This document shows, one piece after another, positions 52,461 to 64,000 of a DNA stretch of 64,000 bases. The translations under genes and the position numbers were made by a program. Location: contig NC_043004.1 of NCBI RefSeq assembly GCF_006345805.1, forward strand, positions 35,836,001 to 35,900,000. The letters run 5' to 3'. Every line of letters begins with the position of its first letter. Positions within the stretch are counted from its first letter, which is position 1. A model generated the notes under the pieces. That model was not told the origin of the DNA. It was given only the letters and a program-made list of their open reading frames with translations, and searched no databases. The DNA comes from Octopus sinensis. Its lineage: Eukaryota.

Positions 52461-55400
52461 ATGAGATATATTTCACTTAGGCAATATACATATGCTTCAG
52501 AATGACGCATTACTTGAGTACAGAGCGGTAATTAGAAAATGAGAAGACAAAGGAAGAGACAATTGTCTGATGAACTTCATTACTTTACAGCTGTTTCTAT
52601 GATAAGATGCAGTGGATTCATAGTTGAGTGCCTGAGTAACATTCTCATAGCTTCATCAGAGCCTTGAATTTGAAGTGCAGTTATATTTGGGTAAAGAATT
52701 ACATTTATGCTTACATATATACATATGTATGTATATATATATGGCTGTACATTGCACCTGCCATATACATTGACTTAAAGTAGAAGAAACTCTGAATGTG
52801 GTTGCATTGAAGAGATTTAAAGAGATAAACAAAGCCTCCATTTAGCTCCCTTAAGTGAAGTACTTGTGCAAAAATGGGACATGCCATCTAGGAGACACAA
52901 GCACAGGGGTGTTGAACACAACCTCTGAATTGCATCCAATGCACAGTAATGTTCCATCTGCCTTCTCCTGCATCCAGTGCAACTTTATAAAAATAATGTT
53001 TTAATCTAAAAGTTTTCTGTAAACTATATATGTAAATTAGAGATGTAATTAATACCAATTTTAATTAGTCAAATCAGTGCTCCTTTCTCACTCAAAGGTC
53101 TTACTAGAACTGTACTTATGTGTGTATGTATATAAATACATGTTAAATGATGATGATGTGTGTGTATATATATGTATATACATGTATGTGTGTGTGTATT
53201 AAATAATGATGATGTGTTTGTCATACCTACCCTATTTCCTTTCTTTTCTTTCTTCTCACTCACACCCATATCTGTCTATCATGATATCTGTCTTTCTCAC
53301 TCTATACACCCACATCGATCATTTTCATACTAGCTAACCACTTAATCTATTCTTTCAACATGAATGCAACATTCAAAACTCTGCCGAAATACTGCCTGGA
53401 TTTACCTGGGATTTACCTAAGAGTCTATACCTTCATGGAAGTACAGACCAACCTCCATACCCTCTGGAAGAAGATGAGCTGTGGACAGCCAAAGGGTATA
53501 GCAGAAGACATTGCCAAAAGTGTCACGCACTGAGACTGAACCATGAACTATGAGGCTGAGAAGCAAACACCTGAACCACACAGCTATGCCTGCACTACTC
53601 TGTACACAAACTTTACAAACATCGAATATTATATCTTTACTAATGTATAAATGAAAACAAGAATACATCGTAGCATTCTTTCCGTCATTGTTATTAAAAT
53701 TGTTATAATGTATATTGACCCCCTTTTTTTTTTCTTTAACATATTAGGAATAAAGTCTTAAGGGATAATTGTTCATATTCCAGGCTACATAATTTAGTTT
53801 ATGCTTCAATTTGACCTACAAATCATAACGACTCTGACCCTCCTGTTCTAGCATGAGGTCAAAAGAAAAATGAGAGTCAAACAGCAATAAAAAGGCCGAG
53901 ACTTTTGCACCGCAACTGGCTGAATCAGAGATCGGATGTTGTTGTGGTCAATAAATCGAAAGATGCTTTGTGATTAACCTTGCTTCACAGAGAAACCACT
54001 GTAATGTCAAAAACGAATTTAATGATAAATGTCTAAAACTAAAATTAGAGTTCTCATTCTGGAGAAGGATGCCATTTCTCAAACAAATACTATTCTGTGC
54101 ACTGAATTTGTTCCACCAAAAGCTTCCATCAAACAATGACAAATAACGATAAGATAAATATCAACACCATTACAAAATGGTATTGCTTGAAGCTGGTAAT
54201 ATTTTGTGAAATGTATTTTCTGTCTGGAGTGATTAGAATTGATGGGAAAAGACATTATTTCATTGTCTAGTAGACAACACCTATGCCATCAGGGAATACA
54301 AACAGAAGATAATGTTGTTGATAATAATCATTTTTAACATAAGTACAATACTAGATATTTTTACAAGACAGGAATGAACTGTTAGATTGACCTCAGTGGT
54401 TCACTGGTACTTATTTTGTAGATCTTGGAAGAACAAGAGTCATAGAGAATAATGTCTTTATTTGAATATGATCCCATAAATATTAATCCTTAAACTGCTG
54501 CTTCCTTTGATATGAGGTAAAGACTGATCTTCATTTTTCAAAACTAGAAACTACATTATCATCAATATTTATTACCAATATTTGTGTTAGAACTTCAGTG
54601 GTTGGAGTACCATCAAAAGAGGCAAACTCAACACCAGTGACATAAATGAGTAAAACAGGTTTATTTTGAAGTAAGATTAGCAAACAAATTGGAGTCAATG
54701 CCTCTTGTATAATAATAGAAGATAAACACGAATGATAAATGTAGTTAAATCTGAATAAAACCTAAATTATTTTTATGGGCCAATAGGGAGCTCCAAGGTT
54801 TTACAAGGGAGCAGATTGGAAAGAGATCTTTTGTTAGACTAAATACTTTTCTTTCCCATGAACATTTCCAGGAGTGAACTGAAATCTGATGAATTAAGTG
54901 TTCCGTAGTGTTCTGAACAAAGTGTTTTGTCAACTTATGGAACTGAAGTCTGTTGAATTTAGTGTTCTGTCCAAATATGTCTTTTTTCTTAAATGCAGTA
55001 ATTTGATCTAAAATACTTTTGGTTTGACAACTCAATACCTTATTTATCTTGTCATTTCCCTTTTTACATCTCTTTTCATATAGAAAAGTAAAAATCAAAG
55101 AGCTAATCTAATATCTCTTCCAATAAAAAAAGATGGAGCCACTGTCAGTTTTAGTGATGAGTATTGAAGTAGTTCAGTCAAATGAAATGTGAGCTCATTG
55201 AGTTAACATGTATGTGCCTGAGTATTCCACAGACAGATGGACCCTTAACATAATCCTCAAGCAGTATTACCAAGACACAGGGTGTAAGAAAGCTGACCCT
55301 TTCAATTATGAATACAACCCATGACAGGCTTCCTCACAGTTTTTGTCAGATGGTTAGAGTTTGTCCAAAGTCCTAGTGGGAAACAATTGTTCAAGGCATC

Positions 55401-55856
55401 ACAAAGTGGAATTGAACTGAGGACTACATAACTCAACAGTCCTAAATATTTCCTGGTCACCTGATACATTTTCATTTTTGTTGGCATCCTTTGTCTCAGG
55501 AGACAATGGAGTTGGGCATAAACTAATCCAGTCTGGTTTTTACATTTCATGCCCTCTCCTGTTTTGCACAGGCCTGGGCTAGATGTAAGAAAATCCTGGA
55601 TAGCCCAATCATCAGGATTCCTCTCTTGACCTTGCTGACATAGTCCAAAGGAGTGCAGAGCATTACGTTTGGCACCAGTTTGGTTGCAGGAGCTGCTGGA
55701 AGAGTGTTGAAACGAACACTAAACTGCCTACAGGGCTCCACTCTGGATTTCTTTGAAGGTTATCTCCTTCCCGTAACCCTGGACAGGGGCCCATACCGGG
55801 TACTGTCAGCCAGAGCCAGCTGAGCCCGGGACTCATGTCAGGTAGGGTTAGTTGGT

Positions 55857-56360
55857 GCAAGAGAGGAGACTGCACTGGTTTGGTCATCTGATGCAGAGGG
55901 ATGCTGACAGCTCCATAAAGAAGTGCTGATCTCTCAAAGTGGATGGAACATGTGGCAGTGGGAGATCCAGGAAGACATGGGACGATGCACTGAAGAATGA
56001 CCACAGAAAGGTGAGAGGACAAAAAAACCAAGGTACCTGGCACCTGGCCATACTCAAGAAGACCTGTACCCTACAGCAGAAGTGTTAAGACTGATCCTTC
56101 TGGTTGTGTAAAGCACCCATGGCAGTTCCATGTAAGAGCACCCATGTGGTGCCACCTAAAAGCACCCATGTGGTACCACGTAAAAGCACCCATGTGGTGC
56201 CACATAAAAGTGTCTGTGTGTAAAAGCGTCCAGCACACTCTGTAAAGGGGTTAGCACTAGGAAGGGCATCCAGCTGTAGAAAGCATGTCCAATCAGACTG
56301 CCATGCAGCATGGACGACAGAAGTTAAAAGATGATGATGATGATGATAGTGATGATGATT

Positions 56361-56393
<33 letters not shown>

Positions 56394-56395
56394 TG
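55857..56395 (+). mobile_element. RTE-clade LINE 3' fragment running into the repeat-rich 3' UTR and (GAT)n tail
   Basis: VQERRLHWFGHLMQR...KKC*SLKVDGTCGSGRSRKTWDDALKND matches RTE RRLRWFGH...GRPRKTW; the downstream sequence resembles the abundant SINE-like family. Confidence 0.8.
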
Positions 56396-58659
56396 AAGTA
56401 CTGTTCACTGTTAACCATATTTAGTTTTATAGGATATTACATGTTAGGTATGACATTATTTTCATAGTAACATCTCAGTAGTATGAAATTAAGCAACAAT
56501 GAAATATGATTGGTCGCTTCAATTACGACTTCATACAACACCAAGAACAGTTAATGATGGAACCTCACTGAGGTTATTTTAACTTGCTAGAAATAACCAA
56601 TACACTCCTTCAATCAGTCTACCATCTTCCAGAATAGCATATTAAGTTATGTAGTCATAGATACAGAATAATCAAAGTTGGTGTGGTCAACTTGATCGGG
56701 GCTGACCAAAGCTAAACAGCAACAACAGTAATATTCAGTTCTGATGCAAAAACATCAAAATTGCCTGGAGAATAACATAACACAGGAATTCAAGAGTTTT
56801 CATTATTTCAGTGGTTGCTGTATAATTAAAACATTGAATTAAACAACATATTAGACATTCTTCAAAGGCACTGAATAAAAAATTAGCAAAACTTATGTAT
56901 AAGTAGTTGTGGTTTAAATACATCATATTAAATGTGAATTTGTACATGTGTTTATACATTTGTATGGGTGTGTTGGTTTCTCTCTATATATATGGATGTG
57001 TGTGCATGTGAATTTATCTCTCTCTATATATGTATGTGTGCATGTATGCATGTATGTATGTATGCAAGTGTTTGAGAGAGCATATATAAACGTTTGTGTG
57101 TGCATATGTGTGCATGTATGCATTCATGTGTATATGCATGTGTGTAAGCATATACATTTGTATATGAACAAGGAAATAAAATTATGGTAATGATAAGACT
57201 ACTTCAAAAATATTTAAATAATATGATATTACAAAACAGCAACAGGTTTCGTTAAAATGCAATTGTTCAATCGATCTGTGGTACCAGGTCAATGACTGAT
57301 GATCACGTGTAATAAAATGCAATGTTGATATTACAAACAGTAGCTCCAGTAATCTGAGCAGAACACTTGTATGCCTCACGTGTCTGTAATTAAAGATGAT
57401 TATCATTAAATAGATATAACTGTAAAATCATATCAACTAATGACCAACAACATTAGATGTACCAAATAAAAAATCAAGTACATATGCTCTGTGTGTGTGT
57501 GTGTGTGTGTGTCCAGTGGTAAACTCCTTTTCATATTGGTTCTCATTTCATTCACGCGCCAAGAAAGAAAACTGGTGGTGGATATTCCTACATGTGTTAG
57601 AATTTTGTGCTAGTGCATTGTAGACATGAATTAATTATAGATCAAATTCATTTAAAATGTATATGTTTCATTAACATTTAATGGAAAAATATAATTCATC
57701 TATAGTTTTTGAATATTCATGACAACATCAATCTATATGTTGAAGAATTCATAAGCTCTTTCTAACCCACCTCTCATACAAACATACATACAAACATATG
57801 TACATATATATATATCTGTGTATATATATATATATATATAAATGTATATAAATATATACAACTTTGTGCATGCATATACATAAAACTTGTTGGTTTTCTA
57901 TTTACATTTTGGTTCTATAAAAATTTATTACCATTTATAAATGTTGCATGATTTTTCCCCAAATAATTAACATTGAAATGTAGACTGTACAATGATAATA
58001 GTAAAACAAATATATTTGAATGATTTTGGAGCTTAGGTCTTAAACCTTCTGTCTTTTGTTTTGCCCTTCTTTTATTATTAACACTGATAGATTTATTTTT
58101 CTTTTTACATTTACAATATAATTTTGTTGTCAAATTTGAAATTGGTCAATATATATTGTTTTATCCACTAGATTATTGTCATTCTTAATACCTTTCATTA
58201 TTTAAAAAATTATATAAATGATAGCAGCTTGTATGGTTTATATTTTCTGTTCCTTTATTGTTTGATCTGTAATTTTATGTTTGAGTGTGTGAATATATAC
58301 AATAAATGTTTTTATGTCTATGAAAAGGTAAAACAATGTGAGTTGTAAGGTAAAACAAAAGAAATAAGCCAGCAGTTTGCACTTTTATCTTATATTTCAG
58401 TATTTCACAGATAAAACCCCATCTTCAGGAAACAGCTAGCTTTTCTGCTTCACAGTGTGTGTGTGTGTGCACATATGTGTGTGTATGTGTATAAAGAGGG
58501 GGTGGCTTGGCATGCCCCTGATAGCATTGCTATCTGTATGCAGTTCAGTTCTGTTGTTAATATGGGGTTTGGTCTGGCTAGTTATGATGATGATACCATT
58601 TTCTTTTTATTTGCAAGTTCCTAACATTTCATTCCATGGCAGTAATGAAGACCTGGGTG

Positions 58660-59210
58660 TCTTGGCAAGGCATTTTCTCAGGAGATTTTTGGGTGAAAGA
58701 GCCATCAATACAGAGGTTTTCATTAACCCAGATGTGTACTTGTCTGACTGTCCTTCCAATGTAGGATTTATTGCATTAACTACATGTGATTTTATATACC
58801 ATGTAGGGCCATAAATACAGGTTTTCCTTGTTGATTGGGTAGTTGGGCAAAATGCATATGGCTTTGTTGTCTGTTGGTCTTTTTATAGTGAAGAACCTCC
58901 GAAAAGTGAGTCCAGAGTGTACCAGCCATATTTTCAATCTCTCCTTACACATCACCTGATATATTACAGCAGTCAATTTCACATTAAACTGTGGCAATTT
59001 CAAAGACACATGTTATCGTCTCTGGGTGTAGGGAGTTCCTTAAGTGGTCAGACAGTTTTCTGGCATTTGATGAAAGAGTCATGGACAGCCATTCTCCACA
59101 AAAGAACTTTCTGGAATTGCTTAGTGCTAGTCTTTATGTCTCCTGCTTTGCTTTATTTAATGCATATCCTGTGGATGTCATTTCTTATGTAATCCATCTT
59201 TGCTCTGATG
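58660..59210 (-). pseudogene. Penelope-like element remnant (RT C-terminus and GIY-YIG endonuclease)
   Basis: VYKITCS*CNKSYIGRTVRQVHIWVNE at 58799 going leftward is a GIY-YIG/CxxC motif of the Penelope type; upstream HRIC and ENGCP resemble RICS and NGYP. Confidence 0.75.
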
Positions 59211-59742
59211 GTGAAAGATGAATTATAATACACAAAGAGACCCCTGTCTATTGCTTTTCAGTAAAAGTTAGTATATATGGAGAATATAATATAAATTGGT
59301 CCAAACTTTATTCTCATATCAAATGAATTAAATTCAATATTGATTTTCATCACTGGCACAAACTGCACATTTCAGGGAATATGACAAGCAATTAAATGAA
59401 GTCTCAGTACTTAACTGGTGCCTTATTTTATTGGCCTCAGAATGAGGTAAAAAAAAATCAACGTAAGAGAATTTGAACTTAAAATATAAAGGACCATAGC
59501 TACATACCTTATGATATGTTTTCTGATGCAGCAATAAGTTCGCCAAATCACTACTCTCATCTCGTGTAATACCTTTGTTACGTGAGTTGAGGGCAGTAAG
59601 TGGCAGAAGTGGTAGAGAAGGCTGTAGCACATGCCTGGGGATATTTAGGGATTCTTTATGTTCTGAGTGTAGGAGTTGTATGACCAAATCATTAAAAAGC
59701 TTGCTTCATAACCATGATATCACAGATTCAAACTCGCTGCAT

Positions 59743-60055
59743 GACATCATCATCATCATCGTTGTCGTTTAACGTCCGCTTTCCATGCTAGCATGGGTTG
59801 AACGATTTTGACTGAGGTCTGGCGAACCAGATGGCTTCACCAGGCTTCAATCTTGATCTGGCAGAGTTTCTACAGCTGGATGCCCTTCCTAATGCCAGCC
59901 GCTCTGAGAGTGTAGTGGTTGCTTTTTACGTGCTACAGGGGCCAGTCAGGCGGCACTGGCAACGACCTCGCTCAAATCTTTTTACACACGCCACCAGTAC
60001 AGGTGCCAGTAAGGCGATGCTGGTAACGGTCACGCTTGGATGGTGTTTTACTGTG
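59743..60055 (-). mobile_element. RTE-3'UTR/SINE-like repeat
   Basis: (ATC)n tail then the shared body. Confidence 0.8.
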
Positions 60056-63000
60056 CTATAACCAATAAAATAATCACCCATTATGTACTAAGATTGATTC
60101 ATTTCTGAAGTGTAAAGATATTAAATTAGATATGAGAGGGATATTGCTGTCATTACCTTCAATTACTGCATTTCAACTAATATAGTTGACTTGTACAGCT
60201 TCCTTACAAAATTTGTTGATGTGTACCAATGAAAAAAGACAATACTAATATCTCTGTGTTTAAAGAGATCAGTGAATAAAGTATTAAATTAGAACCTCAC
60301 AAATTCTTAGATCAAAAGCTCATAGCCATTCTAGTCTTTTAATTGAATCTCTCAGTCGGATTCTTAATTCTATGTACCTCAGTTTGGCCAACATTTGATA
60401 AGAGGTCATAAATATTCTGATAGCATTGCCAGAGGGCATTCCCATCTCATCCACTTTTGCAAGCCAGCCTTACATATCTTGTTGCCCATTATGATCTTTA
60501 TCATTCATCATCATTAATATTGATTTACTTTGATCTTGTAAAACGCTAATGTTCTGCTTGTGAGGAGATATGGTCAGGCAAATACATTCCCAGCATATTT
60601 TATTCACCACAAAATAGTGAAAGACAGATTTAAATTTGGTTGTATTTGAACCCAACACATTTAGTGCAGCTTTCTTTTGTTTCTCCTGTAAACTAACCTC
60701 CATCAATAATGCTTGTTTTTTTAACTTCTTTTTTTGGCAGAAGATCAAGTTTTGAAGGGAAAACTATTTATCTTTTCAATCAATTTATTGTGTGTTCCTC
60801 CATTATTTTATGAACTGCCAAAGAATAAAAAGTAAAGCAGAAGGAGATTTGAACCCTTGCAATGGAATAACCAAACTAATTACTATAAAATATTCAGTTT
60901 AAACACTCTCCTGTTTCTACCAATATATTTTTACAGAGTGTGGTGCCAAACTGTTACATTATTCCTGCTATTTGTGCTGGTGTAAGTCTGTTAGTTCTAT
61001 AAACATGAATATTTTCAAGAACTAATACTATATTTTACAGTAGATATATTTTGTATTTATTTTTTTTTATAAACAGCATAAAGTTGGATAGCTATCTTTA
61101 TATTTCTCGGTTATGTTGGCTGATATGTGTAATAAACAGAAGAAGCTAAGGGCATTATATTCCACGTGCCTTTTCAATATCTGTTTATCATCTCCCATAC
61201 ACTAAAGAATATTTGGAGGATTCGGCATCTCTTCATTTAGGATAGCCAGTGTTCTCAAATCAGATTTCTTCAAGTCATTCCAGGAATTTTTTACTCCCCA
61301 ATCAATGCATAAACTTCAAGAATGATACCTAGTCTTCATTTTGATGTTTTATTTTTCAACCAGTCCAATCTTCAATTGTTTTCTGGAACTTTCTATTGAG
61401 AGGAATAGGGAGTGGTTAAATGAAACAGTGAAACATAAAATTATATATATGATCATTGTAATAAATCATCTTTAAAATGGTACGATTTAAACAGATGACA
61501 GTGAGGAGCCCAGCAAATTTATAACCCAAGCATCACATGTCTTATTACATTAATTATGTACAAGGACTTCAAATTCTCTGGACATTCAATATCTACTCAA
61601 AACTTTTCTATGAAGAGGCATGTGTTGAATCAAACATCAAATGTATTATGATTGTGGTTCTTTCAGACTGATTTTGTTTATGCAATGAACATTTCCCAAT
61701 ACATACAACTGTTTTGATTTCATTCTTCTAAAGAGTGCATCAAGGTTATCTTTTGTTTTCACAGATATTTTAGTAGCCATCATATTGTCCATCAGAACTT
61801 ATGCTGTATTAAACATCACTTTAGATATTAATAGCTTTCTCTCAATCCATCCCTTGTGTATCATCAAAATACTGTTGTGTGTGTATACTCTCACATCTGA
61901 AGCATGTACACGAGGATTTGCGATGTGTATAGTAATTTTTTTTTGTTTTTGTTTTTCATAGCGCTGTATGATTATTCATATTTTATGTAGTTTCTCAATC
62001 TAATTTTTTATTCTGCTTTGTTAGACATGAGGTTCTCTCTCTCTCTCTCACACATCTCTCTCTCTCTCTTTCTCTCATCTCTCACTTTCTCCCCTCTCTC
62101 TTTCTTTCTCTCTCTTTCTTGACATTGCACCCTGGTGGAAACATTGGCAAATAGTGTCTATGATCAATGATTAAATTACATCTGACATATTTTATTACTT
62201 GTACTTAACATCAACGGGTTCTTTCTGTGGAATCAGTCAAAGAGTTCTTGGGATGAGGAGGTTTCTTGAACCAAAATGCATTTTCTCTCCAGTACATATT
62301 ATGATTAAATCATAGTGAATGTTGCTTCAATTTCATTGGATCTAGGGTTCAAATACTTATGCTGGCCTTGTAGTGTATCTCTTAGTTAAACACTTGACTT
62401 TAATGCATTTTTTAGAAAAAAACGTTTTAAGCTATTGCTCTTGTGAAATATCAATAAAGGCAATATATTCTACAACCGAGTACCTTACACTGATTGCAAT
62501 AGGTTATTTGAAGAATAAAGTCTTGTTACACTTTATGTTATTGGTGTTGTAATACACTACTGGAAAAGATCTTATATTCTTCTTGGGTCTCATACATTGG
62601 AAGTACATGAACTTCTTACAACATGCAGAATAAAAATTTGAAGCCAGCAGCCGGAAAACTCCCTGATTCTCTTTTCTAGTTAATCATAACATACAATACA
62701 ATTGCAACTAGCATGCAGAATGTTCAGCATATGCTGCATCTATGAAGCCTCTGTAGTACTTTTTTTACCTCCTGCTCTTTGGCAGATTGTCCTATTATCT
62801 TAACCAGTTGAGACTCTCTTAGAATTAAGTAAGTACTCAAGTGGATTAATTTTAACTTTAAGAACTAATATAAATGTTTAACTACACAAATAGCATCAGT
62901 CTAATCTTGGAGTGGACACTTGGCCAAACGACAAAAGAAGACAGAAATTTGATGGTGAACACTTTGCTGTTGTTTTGTTATGTCTAATCTTTGATGAAAT

Positions 63001-63111
63001 AATTATGAAATCATTTCATCCCTTAACTCTGCTTTCCTACTGACAAGATAATGAGAGGCTAATATGATTCTATGTAAAAAGTAACAATGGAAAATACGTT
63101 TTAATAAGACT

Positions 63112-63345
63112 GGCAAAGAAGGTGGTGAGCCGGCAGAACGATGAGCTCACTGGACAAAGTGCTTAGCAGCACTTCATCCCTCTGGGTTCAAATTCCACAA
63201 GGATCAACTTTGCTTCTCATTCTTTCAGGGTCGATAAAATAAGTACTAGCCAAGCACTGAGGTCGATGTAATCGATCTCACCCCAATCCCCACCCCCACC
63301 CTGCCCTGAAACTGCTGGCTTTGTGCCAAAATTTGAAATTAAGAA
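63112..63345 (+). mobile_element. Decayed tRNA-derived SINE related to the 8785 family
   Basis: GAAGGTGGTGAGCCGGCAGAA...GGTTCAAATTCC...CTTTCAGGGTCGATAAAATAAGTAC. Confidence 0.65.
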
Positions 63346-64000
63346 GATTGGGAATGAACAGAATACTTTAAAACTTCCTTTCAGGTCAACATTATGAAAT
63401 AGATGTGAGTCAAAGAGTTTTGTCTTATGAATAAAGACACAGACAAGGTTGTACGGTCAATAAGTATGCTACAGTCGCAGTATATGACACTTTAGGTGTC
63501 TTCTAAAATAGCCCCAGGTCAACCGAAACCTTTTAAGTGAATTTGGTAAATGGAAAATAAAAGAAGCTTGTGTGTGTGTGTGTGTGTGTGTATGTTTGTG
63601 TGTGTGTGTGTGTGTATTTATCATTGCAAATTTAACGTCAAATTTTTCATGCTTGTATGGATCGGATGCAATTTATTGACCAGATTTTCTGCAGTCCTTT
63701 CTGTCCCCAATCTTCTGTTTCATAGAAAGATAATGTTTTCCCCCCACAGCCGGATATATTTTTGCAGAACATTGAAAGGGAATGACACTCGTACATGGAT
63801 GACAGTGACAGCCGTTTACACCTATCACATGACGTCAAAATAAGGAGACATACACACACACATACACACACACAATGGGCTTCTTTCAATTTCCATCTCA
63901 AAAGGATGTCTCAACTTTGCACATAGCACAAAAACAGAATAGAAAATACAAATATACATACATACATACACATACATACATACATACATACATGCATACA

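Noticed and set aside
52620-52663. Minus-strand CTGATGA with a TGAG/CTCA stem
   Set aside because: The GAAA half of the core is absent.
53915-54130. SDVVVVNK...CVINLA resembling a restriction-like LINE endonuclease (PDIV...D)
   Set aside because: Frameshifted and too degenerate to support.
54745-55098. 117-aa minus-strand ORF in apparently unique sequence
   Set aside because: No recognisable domain, splice support or coding-like composition.

Overview
AT-rich, repeat-dense eukaryotic non-coding DNA (intergenic or intronic). The repeat families look cephalopod (Octopus-like); that is inference from recognisable SINE/LINE motifs. No host protein-coding gene can be supported, and most ORFs in the track are microsatellite read-throughs. 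Recognisable content: a decayed full-length DD34D mariner transposase, RTE and CR1 LINE 3' fragments, two decayed Penelope-like (PLE) RT/GIY-YIG remnants, many tRNA-derived SINEs (some nested, with clean target-site duplications), MITE-like hairpins and abundant microsatellites. The most interesting signal is three unrelated short non-coding insertions (7985-8230, 23549-23883, 24395-24904). Each carries a minimal type I hammerhead ribozyme fold of the kind known from PLEs, and each has a long arm plus a shorter inverted copy ending in microhomology with the target site. One has a fully paired fold with the rare compensatory G3:C8 core (GUGAUCA instead of CUGANGA). Another joins a tRNA-like Pol III head to a hammerhead tail, i.e. 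a candidate Penelope-mobilised SINE. All folds were paired by eye and no ribozyme activity is shown. Boundaries of decayed repeats are approximate.
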